IMG/VR virus record: IMGVR_UViG_3300035034_002581
DNA length: 34,021 nucleotides
Strand: one strand, 5' to 3'
Source: a virus
The position numbers and the translations under genes were made by a program. Below, one piece after another: positions 17,044 to 24,675 of this stretch. The notes beneath the pieces are model-generated. The model ran no database searches. It saw only the letters and a list, made by a program, of their open reading frames with translations, and was not told where the DNA came from. Position 1 is the stretch's first letter. Every line of letters begins with the position of its first letter.

Positions 17044-17310
17044 TTAATCTTTCCATTTACCCTTAGCGATTAGCTTTAACTTCTTGCTGCGCGTGTTCTG
17101 TTTAAACTGGTACTCTGCCTTGCTTACCTCTGATCTATTTCCAATCTTCCATGAGATTAGGAGTTTTACTGGCTTGCGCGATCTTGTATACTTCGCGCCT
17201 TTTCCTTTGTTGTGAGTTTTAATACGCTTTGCAACGTCGTTAGAAATGCCAGTATACAAAGATCCATCAGCGCATTCAACAACATACAGGGACCAAATTT
17301 TATCACTCAT
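17044..17310 (-). CDS. GIY-YIG nuclease-domain protein (YhbQ/UPF0213-like)
   Basis: The sequence LYVVECADGSLYTGISNDVAKRIKTHNKGKGAKYTR ... SKAEYQFKQ matches YhbQ-family GIY-YIG proteins. It has no SD. It is preceded by a roughly 250-nt leader with overlapping mini-ORFs. Confidence 0.75.
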   Translation of the reverse strand: MSDKIWSLYVVECADGSLYTGISNDVAKRIKTHNKGKGAKYTRSRKPVKLLISWKIGNRSEVSKAEYQFKQNTRSKKLKLIAKGKWKD

Positions 17311-17533
17311 CGATCTGCTGCAGACTTTTCAATTTCTTTGAGTACTTTCCAACAAGTCTAGGACTAAGATTCCCACGTCGATAAAATCCAGTGTAGTTGC
17401 CCATGCTACTGTCCTATGCGTCACAATAATGTTTCAGCTGCTTCAGAATCCATCTGTTAGCTTTTAAATACGTAACTGCTGTTACTAACATGTCACATAG
17501 GAAAAGCTGGCCAGAAGCATTTCTTACATGACT

Positions 17534-17564
17534 ATTTTATCATGTTGGACAGTAATTTGCACAA
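17534..17564 (-). promoter_or_regulatory. promoter-like TTTGTGCAAAT-N15-TAAAAT immediately downstream of a terminator, about 240 nt upstream of the GIY-YIG gene
   Basis: Member of the recurrent motif family. Approximate coordinates. Confidence 0.4.
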
Positions 17565-17588
17565 AAAAAGAGGCACGGATTGTGCCTC
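17563..17588 (-). terminator. intrinsic terminator (minus strand): GAGGCAC-loop-GTGCCTC followed by T7
   Basis: A 7-bp GC-rich stem with a 5-nt loop, followed on the minus strand by TTTTTTT. It lies just downstream of the lipoprotein gene 17612..18550. Confidence 0.6.
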
Positions 17589-17611
17589 TCAGGTTACTCT
17601 GCTGTACTGTT

Positions 17612-18550
17612 TTATAACGAGTCTTGAATGTTTACTCGATATGCGATTGCATTGTCTTTTGTTGATAAGACAATCATTCGTGCATTAATGTCAGTAGCGA
17701 CTTCTGCTTCATCGGGAATGAGGCTTGAAAATATAATTTCTCCATCTAGTGTTCGTATTGCAGTGATTCTGTAGAATGTATTCATCTCATGCATTAAGAA
17801 AGCGACTCCCGCAGATTCAGCAAGATCAATACTAACTACTCGACCAATATCCTCTATGGACCAGTTTGCAGAACCGTCTAACTCAACACTCTGAATGTTT
17901 GCTCGGTCGTTGCTTGTTGTAATGAGGGAATTTGTGCGAGGATCGTAGTTAACAGTTAGTGAAGCTTCTGTGTTGTCGATCTCCGTGTATCCTTCTTTTG
18001 TTACGGCGACGACAGATTGACCGTCAGCAACGTATACAACTTCTTGTTCTTGTTCAAGAGAAAGGCTGCAGTTTGACGTACAAGATAGATCAAACAGTGT
18101 AACCTTAGTTACTCCTTCCTCATCATAAAAATCAACTTGGGGCTCACTCTGTTCACTATCTTCAACAAGTGCGACGACTCCTGATTGTGTCATTTGAGCA
18201 TCTGTAACAGTAACAAGGTTTTCATCTGTATCTGTGCCAAATCTTGCAACTTCGTTAAAGTTTAGGTCTGTTACAATTAACTCGTCTTTTACGCCAATCA
18301 GGACACCAAGATTTCGTGCATCTAGCACCTTCTCTGTACCTAACATAACATCTTGTTCGTACATATAGTCAAATCCGCTAAGATCAACCCTACATGCTGC
18401 ATCGAACATCCCCGCATTGAATGATGATGCATCATCTGCAACAGTAACACCGTTGGTCTGCCCATTAGCGATACTAATCATCTGAATATCAGGTGTTGTA
18501 CAGGCTGTTAGGACTAGTATAGAAAGCAAACTAATTAGTGACTTTTTCAA
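17612..18550 (-). CDS. lipoprotein (signal peptide plus lipobox LTAC), 312 aa, Asp/Ser/Thr-rich
   Basis: The N-terminus MKKSLISLLSILVLTAC is a type II signal peptide. The start is TTG, with an AAGGAAA SD, overlapping the upstream stop (TTGA). Confidence 0.6.
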   Translation of the reverse strand: MKKSLISLLSILVLTACTTPDIQMISIANGQTNGVTVADDASSFNAGMFDAACRVDLSGFDYMYEQDVMLGTEKVLDARNLGVLIGVKDELIVTDLNFNEVARFGTDTDENLVTVTDAQMTQSGVVALVEDSEQSEPQVDFYDEEGVTKVTLFDLSCTSNCSLSLEQEQEVVYVADGQSVVAVTKEGYTEIDNTEASLTVNYDPRTNSLITTSNDRANIQSVELDGSANWSIEDIGRVVSIDLAESAGVAFLMHEMNTFYRITAIRTLDGEIIFSSLIPDEAEVATDINARMIVLSTKDNAIAYRVNIQDSL

Positions 18551-18903
18551 GGTTTTTCCTTTTCTTGGGTGTGTGTGACAATATATGCGTCTTCATCGAC
18601 TTTCCGATTAATAACGAAGACACTTTCTCCTTTTGTGATGATTTCATCACATTCTAGTGACGAGTAACAAAATAAATAGTTTCCATTAATAACTATCTGG
18701 CCACCGATCGTATTAATATCCGTTACAGCTAAGGCTATCTTTCCAGTGTAAGGATCTTCTTCGATCTCACTTTTTGATGTGTCTGTTTCTTGCTCTTCTT
18801 GAAAGCTACGCAGTGATTTATACAGCACTACTACTTCTACAGCGATGCTGATAAAGACAATCCATATATAAATCATTGCATTGCATTCAAGAAAACCTAT
18901 CAA
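18547..18903 (-). CDS. membrane protein with an N-terminal TM helix (118 aa)
   Basis: IYIWIVFISIAVEVVVLY is a hydrophobic helix near the N-terminus. The start is TTG, or an internal ATG. Confidence 0.45.
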   Translation of the reverse strand: MIGFLECNAMIYIWIVFISIAVEVVVLYKSLRSFQEEQETDTSKSEIEEDPYTGKIALAVTDINTIGGQIVINGNYLFCYSSLECDEIITKGESVFVINRKVDEDAYIVTHTQEKEKP

Positions 18904-18908
18904 AAGTC

Positions 18909-19130
18909 CTATTCCTCAATGTTATTTAAGATATACTCTTTGATCATCACAGGTGTAACTTCAAGCTGCCGTGCTTTCATTAGTTCAACTGCGTGGGCGT
19001 TACCAGTAATTTCTGACAGAGGGGCAACCTCAGAGACACCTTCATCGTTCCTGATCTTTACCGCTGTGGTTCCAATCTTGTACCTGTAATCTGTGTCGTT
19101 CACGGTCATGTTTCTAAATCGCTTTTTCAT
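18909..19130 (-). CDS. hypothetical protein (73 aa from ATG)
   Basis: The ATG lies 1 nt after the upstream stop (TAAAATG), with an AAGG SD. Confidence 0.45.
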   Translation of the reverse strand: MKKRFRNMTVNDTDYRYKIGTTAVKIRNDEGVSEVAPLSEITGNAHAVELMKARQLEVTPVMIKEYILNNIEE

Positions 19131-19131
19131 T

Positions 19132-19491
19132 TTACGCCTTTTGGATGAAGTTGTTGTCGCCGTCGAAAGTATAGATTGTTCCAATACCAGCGCGGCTAAA
19201 TGCGAGTGCCCAGTAGAAGGCATTAGCAATGTTATTGCAAGGTGTCCTTAGCGTTGTCCCCTTGTAAATATTCTTACACTCACTAAAGCCTCGCCAAGAA
19301 GGTTCACCGTTATATGCTACGACAAGAGCCTTGACAGATCCCTCAGTTTCAGTGCGTGAGAATGATGTATTATCTCCCGAGGTCAGGTACACGTATGGGG
19401 GCGAAGAATTAAACGGCCTGTCGCCCATGATTGTTTCGTAGTGATCATCGTTTAGTTCAATGATGATGGTTTGTGTGTCATTAAGTGACAT
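19132..19491 (-). CDS. hypothetical protein (119 aa from ATG)
   Basis: The ATG has a GGGAGA SD 7 nt upstream. The track's longer start would overlap the CYTH gene by 140 nt. Confidence 0.5.
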   Translation of the reverse strand: MSLNDTQTIIIELNDDHYETIMGDRPFNSSPPYVYLTSGDNTSFSRTETEGSVKALVVAYNGEPSWRGFSECKNIYKGTTLRTPCNNIANAFYWALAFSRAGIGTIYTFDGDNNFIQKA

Positions 19492-20014
19492 TTGGGATCT
19501 CCCAATCTTGGTGTGCGATTTCGTAGTTAGACCACCCAGCTTCTTTCGTGATCTCTCTATCAATAGGAAGCCATGGAGGTGTTGGAAGTTCATTGTGTAG
19601 TGAATCGAGTTCACACTCAAGGATGACTAAGTCAAAAAGCATGAAGTTGTCAAGTTCCCATGTAACTCCACCCCAATTGAATGTAGTTCTACGCTTGATT
19701 ACAGCTCTCGTCCCAGGCTTAATGAGCCCAGAGAGTGCTGATAATTCGTCGGAGGTGATCTCTCTTTCAATTTCAAGGTTGTGTCCTAACTCTGGCCCAG
19801 GCATCTTTACTGTGTGAAAGTGTGCCTGTTTTCCTGCAAAGACCTCTCCGTTTAATGTTACTCTTTCACATGTCGATCTAACTCTTGATACAAGAGGTTT
19901 ATGAACGTCAAGATACACTTGAGACAAGTGATCTACTCTTCGAGGTAGCACAGCGATATCAGGCCATACTACAGGATCATTCTTTAGAAGCCATCTACGT
20001 TCAATTTCGTCCAT
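19481..20014 (-). CDS. CYTH-domain protein (triphosphate-tunnel metalloenzyme; class IV adenylate cyclase / triphosphatase-like)
   Basis: The N-terminal MDEIERRWLL matches the (M)xEIERKFL CYTH signature. The acidic strand WELDNFMLFDLVILECELD is in the expected position. Size is 177 aa. ATG start. Confidence 0.65.
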   Translation of the reverse strand: MDEIERRWLLKNDPVVWPDIAVLPRRVDHLSQVYLDVHKPLVSRVRSTCERVTLNGEVFAGKQAHFHTVKMPGPELGHNLEIEREITSDELSALSGLIKPGTRAVIKRRTTFNWGGVTWELDNFMLFDLVILECELDSLHNELPTPPWLPIDREITKEAGWSNYEIAHQDWEIPNVT

Positions 20015-20022
20015 GACTACTC

Positions 20023-20286
20023 CTACTTCTCAATGGGAGAGAGATCCTTTTCAAAAGTGTGAGTGTACGTGTGATCTCGTACAAGCTGAATGCGGTAGAA
20101 TGGGCCAAGTGGGTCGTCATCAACACATGACAAGATGCGAACCTTCACGTCAACATCTGGTTGGCTCCTATCGTCCCACAATGCAATTTCATCATTCTCA
20201 AACTTACGATTTACTTCTCGGAACTTCATTTTATTCTCACATGACTTGTTTTGGTAGGTACGCCTTTCGGCGCGCAAAAGAATCAT
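20023..20286 (-). CDS. hypothetical protein (87 aa)
   Basis: ATG start. An upstream promoter motif is present. Confidence 0.45.
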   Translation of the reverse strand: MILLRAERRTYQNKSCENKMKFREVNRKFENDEIALWDDRSQPDVDVKVRILSCVDDDPLGPFYRIQLVRDHTYTHTFEKDLSPIEK

Positions 20287-20323
20287 TTCCTTGTAGTTGT
20301 TATTAATCCTTATTGGTAAAGCA

Positions 20324-20355
20324 ATTATATTCTACTTTCAAGCTAATTTACACAC
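20324..20355 (-). promoter_or_regulatory. promoter-like GATGTGTGTAAAT-N16-TATAAT upstream of 20023..20286
   Basis: Member of the recurrent motif family (C to T variant). Approximate coordinates. Confidence 0.4.
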
Positions 20356-20397
20356 ATCAATTTGAAATATTTTCCCTAAGTCTTTTAATCTCTCACT

Positions 20398-20589
20398 TTA
20401 CACGTAGTCTTTTATCTTCACAAAGTTTTCTGCGCGCCAAACTTGAACGATGATCTCGTTTGTATTTTCATCGTTCACTAATATTCGATGATAAAAACTG
20501 TGAAGAAGCGGTGAAACAACAAGACCAACTGTTCCGACCTTGACTGATGTCGGTTCTGTCCGGACAACTATGTCGCCTTTGTCGAACAT
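20398..20589 (-). CDS. hypothetical protein (63 aa)
   Basis: Its ATG overlaps the upstream stop. Confidence 0.45.
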   Translation of the reverse strand: MFDKGDIVVRTEPTSVKVGTVGLVVSPLLHSFYHRILVNDENTNEIIVQVWRAENFVKIKDYV

Positions 20590-20888
20590 TACTTAAGTTC
20601 TGCGTCACTCTTTGTGCCTAGGTTTTTCTTCTTTCTTGGCGCAGCCTTCTTAGAAGGTGTCTTCTTGTCTGCTACGTCTTCTTTCTTCAAAGTTGGCTTG
20701 ACTACTTTCTTGGCAGTCTCTTTTTTTGAAGCAACAAAGTATGATGAAACTTCTTTCGCATCAGGTGGTTCAACACCTAGTGACTTCAAAACTGGGAGAA
20801 GCTCCTTGTAAGACTTTACGCCAGCAGATTCAAGCCACTTAGGAACGTTTAGTTTTCTGACTGATACGAAATATTTCCAGCTAATCAT
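20589..20888 (-). CDS. lysine-rich DNA-binding protein (SAP/HeH-like N-terminus, histone H1-like KKxPSKKAAPRKKK tail)
   Basis: ATG with a GGAGAGGAA SD. Low-complexity K/A/P-rich C-terminal half. Confidence 0.5.
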   Translation of the reverse strand: MISWKYFVSVRKLNVPKWLESAGVKSYKELLPVLKSLGVEPPDAKEVSSYFVASKKETAKKVVKPTLKKEDVADKKTPSKKAAPRKKKNLGTKSDAELK

Positions 20889-21192
20889 GTGTTTCCTCTC
20901 CAGAGTTAATACTGAGCATCTTGCTAAGATACTCCATAGTAGTATCTATCTGGTGGTCCTCCACAATGCTCCCGATCTTATACCTAAGCACATTATACAG
21001 AGCGATTCGCTGCGTGTTACTAATATTTTCGAGATCTGTGGTTGCAAAGCCTTTTGTAACTTCATCAAGGATCGCAGTAATTTTGACAAATAAAGCATCA
21101 AGCTCTTCTTCATCCCACCCGCACATCTCTAGCATTGCTGTTGATGCTCTTGCGTTATCACCGATCTTCTTGATGAAGTTACTTGGTGTCAT
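20881..21192 (-). CDS. hypothetical protein (103 aa)
   Basis: ATG with an AGGAAG SD. Confidence 0.5.
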   Translation of the reverse strand: MTPSNFIKKIGDNARASTAMLEMCGWDEEELDALFVKITAILDEVTKGFATTDLENISNTQRIALYNVLRYKIGSIVEDHQIDTTMEYLSKMLSINSGEETHD

Positions 21193-21193
21193 T

Positions 21194-21484
21194 TTACTTC
21201 CTGTTGCTTAATTCATCGTGCATAATATCTTGAATTGCACTTTGAAAGTGTGGGTGCTTTGACAGCTTGACAATATCTACGTCTTTGTCACTATTGTTGA
21301 TTAGCTTATGTGTTCGCTCTGCAATCTTTTCCATTGCGCGCAAAAAGACATTACGCGCAGTTGCATGATTCATTTTGAAACCAGACTCAGTCATGTCTTC
21401 AGCGATTCGCCTGTAGTCTAAACCTCCAAGATCACCCACAGTTGCATATCCGCTATCAACCTTGTACCCTTTAGGCATACTCAT
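21194..21484 (-). CDS. small HTH protein resembling a stand-alone sigma-70 region 4 (96 aa from ATG)
   Basis: The segment GDLGGLDYRRIAEDMTESGFKMNHATARNVFLRAMEKIAE has a region-4 / LuxR-like HTH pattern. Its ATG lies 2 nt after the sigma gene stop (TAATATG). Confidence 0.4.
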   Translation of the reverse strand: MSMPKGYKVDSGYATVGDLGGLDYRRIAEDMTESGFKMNHATARNVFLRAMEKIAERTHKLINNSDKDVDIVKLSKHPHFQSAIQDIMHDELSNRK

Positions 21485-21485
21485 A

Positions 21486-22268
21486 TTACTTGACCCCTTG
21501 CTGTTCAGTTTTTGTACGAATCTCAAGTACATCTACTTCAGACTGAGTAATTCCATATTGGATGTAATCCTTTTCATCCTCGGTAATACCGAAGCGAAGA
21601 CGAACAATCTTTTCCTCCCTTGGGCTAAGTGACGACAAAGCATCACGAACTGCAGAGATCATCTTCTCCCTGTCAATTGCTTCAATAGGGCTAAAGCTTT
21701 TTGTATCTGGAATTACGTCCTCGAGCTTTCTACCTCCCGATGAGTCGTCACCGATCGGTGTGTCTAGCGAAACAGTAGGTCGGCCTGATGTCATCGTTGT
21801 CTTGACTACATCAACAGATACTCCTAGGATTTCTGCAATCTCTTCTGGAGTCGGAGCTGTTTCAAACTCTTCCATGTACTCCTTTTGTAGCTGCATAATC
21901 TTGAACATGAGACCAGACGCATGAGCTGGCATTCTGATTGTGCGTGAATGAGATGCGATGTGACGACTTACAGCCTGTCGAATCCACCAAGAGGCATAAG
22001 TAGAAAACTTAAAGCCTTTGCGCCACTCAAATCTGTCGACTGCCTTGATAAGTCCAATGTTTGCCTCTTGGATCAAGTCTTCGAGTGAACACCCTCTATT
22101 CTGATACTTCTTTGCAATACTGATCGCCAATCGAAGATTTGATTGCACCATCAGGCTATGTGCATGTTTGTCACCCTTTTCGATCTTCTTAGCGATCTCT
22201 TGCTCTTCCTCCCGAGAAAGTAGTTTGTATCTGCCAACGCTCTTAAAGTAGCTGTTTAGAGCATTCAT
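21486..22268 (-). CDS. sigma-70 family RNA polymerase sigma factor (regions 1.2 to 4) with a divergent region 4.2
   Basis: Region 2 is canonical ([41 protein letters not shown]). Region 3 and region 4.1 (VRLRFGI) are present. The 4.2 recognition helix reads [11 protein letters not shown] instead of TRERIRQIE. The ATG at 22266-22268 has a GAGGTG SD. The track's GTG at 22274 overlaps that SD. Confidence 0.85.
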   Translation of the reverse strand: MNALNSYFKSVGRYKLLSREEEQEIAKKIEKGDKHAHSLMVQSNLRLAISIAKKYQNRGCSLEDLIQEANIGLIKAVDRFEWRKGFKFSTYASWWIRQAVSRHIASHSRTIRMPAHASGLMFKIMQLQKEYMEEFETAPTPEEIAEILGVSVDVVKTTMTSGRPTVSLDTPIGDDSSGGRKLEDVIPDTKSFSPIEAIDREKMISAVRDALSSLSPREEKIVRLRFGITEDEKDYIQYGITQSEVDVLEIRTKTEQQGVK

Positions 22269-22309
22269 TTTCACCTCACATTCAATTGCGAACTAGTAGT
22301 TTTGTAATC

Positions 22310-22534
22310 TTATCGACGGCTGCGTCGGAGCCACTGCTTGTGGAACTCCTTGCGATGTTCGCGAACTTCTGCCTCACGCATCAAGTAACAAAGCTCAACC
22401 TCAGCGTCTTCAGTAACACCAGTGGGGCGAGCTCGATTAATGTAGTTGCGAGCTCCTCGCATGCGGTTAAATAGCTCATCATCAGACATCACCTGGATGT
22501 CTTCGGTGTTCAGAACATTGTGCTTGTTGCTCAT
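22310..22534 (-). CDS. hypothetical protein (74 aa), co-transcribed directly upstream of the sigma gene
   Basis: ATG with a GAGGT SD. It is charged and Arg-rich. Confidence 0.5.
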   Translation of the reverse strand: MSNKHNVLNTEDIQVMSDDELFNRMRGARNYINRARPTGVTEDAEVELCYLMREAEVREHRKEFHKQWLRRSRR

Positions 22535-22684
22535 ATTTGACCTCGCTTCTTTAGTATTGAAGCTCTATGTTTTTGTTTATTTAGGTTTCTTGACGGTATC
22601 ACGTAACGTTTTTTGCAACTCACATGAATTTCTCTACCATATGAGCTGCAAAAGCTTTCATGTAAGATTATTCCTTACTTCTAT

Positions 22685-22714
22685 ATTGTACCTCTTATTT
22701 TGAAGCATTTACAA
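22685..22714 (-). promoter_or_regulatory. promoter-like ATTGTAAATG-N16-TACAAT in the 188-nt gap upstream of the 22310/sigma operon
   Basis: Weak variant of the recurrent motif. Approximate coordinates. Confidence 0.3.
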
Positions 22715-22722
22715 TCTTTGTT

Positions 22723-23436
22723 TTAAAATACCCAACCTTGTCCATGAAACCCACAACAGCGGAAGTCAATCCCTTCATGCTCTTCAACTTGATATGCCTT
22801 GAAGATGTGATGATGACCGAACAACCACAATTTAGGCTTATGTTCTGAGAGCCTGAGGATCATGTCAAAAGCGCGAGGAGTTGGATCATCAAAACGGCCA
22901 GTACGATAAATATCCACTGTGTACGGTGCGTCATGAGTTACCACCACTTCTGGCTTGTGTAAGTTGAAGTTGTCATTAAACAACTCTAAATCTTCGCGAC
23001 TCGGATCTTCTTGAGGCCACCAGACTCTGTGACCGCTTTTTGTAAAATCCCCTCGACCGTCTTGACGATCTGTCGACTTTGCACCTCCGCAGAAGATATG
23101 AGATTTACCGTCAATCTCTAAAACTGTTCCTCGCTTAACATGAAAACAATTAGGAGCAACTTCTACTACACCGGAGCCGTCTGACTCTGCATGTAGAGCG
23201 TCAAGTGCATCGTGGTTGTCGTGATTTCCGTCGCAGAAGTACCAGGGTGCAGTATAGATCCCGCGCTTGGTCCTCTTTTCAAAGTATGACACCATCTTCT
23301 TGCCGCCGCCAGGCCACAGAATGCCAAAGTCACCTACTTGTACAATTGCTGAGTGGGCTTCTTTTAATGCCTCTGTTTCAATTCGATGAAAGTGCTTTAG
23401 GTAGCCGTGTGTGTCACCAGCGTAAAAAATACTCAT
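22723..23436 (-). CDS. calcineurin-like metallophosphoesterase (second copy)
   Basis: It carries the GDTHG, GDFGI, GNHDNHD and GHHH motifs. ATG start. Confidence 0.75.
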   Translation of the reverse strand: MSIFYAGDTHGYLKHFHRIETEALKEAHSAIVQVGDFGILWPGGGKKMVSYFEKRTKRGIYTAPWYFCDGNHDNHDALDALHAESDGSGVVEVAPNCFHVKRGTVLEIDGKSHIFCGGAKSTDRQDGRGDFTKSGHRVWWPQEDPSREDLELFNDNFNLHKPEVVVTHDAPYTVDIYRTGRFDDPTPRAFDMILRLSEHKPKLWLFGHHHIFKAYQVEEHEGIDFRCCGFHGQGWVF

Positions 23437-23445
23437 GTTCTTAGC

Positions 23446-23607
23446 TCAAAGTTTAAATGTAATCTCTTCAGAGCCACGTGTGCTCTCTTCCTTCTTTTCT
23501 CTACCTGTTCGCTCTTTATGATCGTAGTTTGGGACAGGAACCCTTAAGAAAGGTCGACGCTCGTTTTGCCTCTGCTTCTTTTCTTTCTCTTGAATGATCC
23601 ACCACAT
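23446..23607 (-). CDS. small highly charged protein (53 aa, MWWIIQEKEKKQRQNERR...); not in the ORF track
   Basis: ATG with a GAGGGTAAG SD 4 nt upstream, and a strong promoter motif about 25 nt further upstream. Approximate coordinates. Confidence 0.4.
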   Translation of the reverse strand: MWWIIQEKEKKQRQNERRPFLRVPVPNYDHKERTGREKKEESTRGSEEITFKL

Positions 23608-23629
23608 ACTTACCCTCATTTGTATGTCT

Positions 23630-23660
23630 ATTATACTACATTGAACTTACATTTGCACTT
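23630..23660 (-). promoter_or_regulatory. promoter-like AAAGTGCAAAT-N15-TATAAT driving the small ORF 23446..23607
   Basis: Member of the recurrent motif family. Approximate coordinates. Confidence 0.45.
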
Positions 23661-24077
23661 TTATGATAGAGCTTTGATTGCTAAAAAGATTACAGTTACA
23701 AGTGCCGGAATCATACCTGCGGCGGCGCCCCATACACCTGCCTTGTTTCTTAGATCAGTCTTGAGCGCTGTAATTTCGATACTATGTTCTTGATCAAGTT
23801 TTGAAACTGTAGTAGAGTGCTCGCGATCTAATAGGTTTAGTTTTTTGACGAGGTCTTCTTTGACTTGATTTACTGAGTTTATGTTTTCGATGCGTTGCGA
23901 GGCTAGTTGCTGTCGCAATTCGTCAACTTCTGTCTTCTTAGCTAAATGTGTAGTGATGTCTATCTTAAAGTCAAGAATTTCTTTAGCTAAAACTTCGTTT
24001 GATTTATTAAGTCTATCTAGTTCAGAGATTACAAGTTTTGACCAGTCATTCCAAGTACTATCTTTTCCTGTTGTCAT
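23661..24077 (-). CDS. coiled-coil protein with a C-terminal TM anchor (138 aa)
   Basis: ATG with a GGGAGA SD. The C-terminus VWGAAAGMIPALVTVIFLAIKAL is hydrophobic. Confidence 0.55.
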   Translation of the reverse strand: MTTGKDSTWNDWSKLVISELDRLNKSNEVLAKEILDFKIDITTHLAKKTEVDELRQQLASQRIENINSVNQVKEDLVKKLNLLDREHSTTVSKLDQEHSIEITALKTDLRNKAGVWGAAAGMIPALVTVIFLAIKALS

Positions 24078-24091
24078 TACTTATCTCCCTA

Positions 24092-24457
24092 TTAGTCAGT
24101 ACTAAAAGTAATTATCGCGTACTCAACCTCTTTATCAGTGTTCCATACTGGATTTATCTCAATTTGTAAAACAACTTTTTCTCCGTTCGCAGTCTTAATA
24201 GATACATTATCTGGGTTTGATGTCACTCCTATGAAAGAATGATGAAGTTGATCATCAATCAGAGACAAAAAATCGATAATTGACTTGCCGAGTAATTTTT
24301 TTGCAGACTTATTTTGAAAGCGAATTGTAAGATCTTTGCGAACTATACAAAATGCTATTGGCACTGCATTCAAGAATAGTTCATACTCTTGCTTTGTAAT
24401 TGCTTTTTCAGAAAGTATTGAAGCAAGATTTCTTAGTTCTTTTAGTCTTTCGTTCAC
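24092..24457 (-). CDS. PAS-domain-like small protein (121 aa)
   Basis: The sequence PIAFCIVRKDLTIRFQNKSAKKLLGKSIIDFL ... VVLQIEINPVWNTDKEVEYAIITF follows the PAS pattern. The start is GTG, with an AAGGAAG SD 7 nt upstream. Confidence 0.45.
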   Translation of the reverse strand: MNERLKELRNLASILSEKAITKQEYELFLNAVPIAFCIVRKDLTIRFQNKSAKKLLGKSIIDFLSLIDDQLHHSFIGVTSNPDNVSIKTANGEKVVLQIEINPVWNTDKEVEYAIITFSTD

Positions 24458-24468
24458 GGGAATCTTCC

Positions 24469-24675
24469 TTATTTTACTTGGACGAATCTTCCAAACTTAT
24501 CGCTTACAAATTTTGAAAGTTCCCTCTTTGCCATTTTCGTCTTGACGTAGACAAAGTAGATGTTCCCAGACTTTTCAATATCACTGCTAAGCTTTATCTT
24601 CTTATTAAGCCTAAGCCAATGCAGAGCTAACTCAAGATCAGATTTAAGTGGTGAGTATAGTGCTTGAGTTTTCAT
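24469..24675 (-). CDS. hypothetical protein (68 aa)
   Basis: Its ATG overlaps the upstream stop (TAATG). Confidence 0.45.
   Translation of the reverse strand: MKTQALYSPLKSDLELALHWLRLNKKIKLSSDIEKSGNIYFVYVKTKMAKRELSKFVSDKFGRFVQVK

Noticed and set aside
17311-17565. Possible tRNA or small structured RNA in the 250-nt leader upstream of the GIY-YIG gene
   Set aside because: No T-arm (GTTCRANYC) or cloverleaf-compatible complementarity was seen by eye. The region is more simply a leader with mini-ORFs. I cannot exclude an sRNA without a covariance search.
18547-18903. Calling the TM protein plus lipoprotein pair an i-spanin/o-spanin lysis cassette
   Set aside because: The lipoprotein is 312 aa, whereas o-spanins are typically under 100 aa. 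Neither protein is predicted to be coiled-coil or proline-rich. No holin or endolysin is adjacent.
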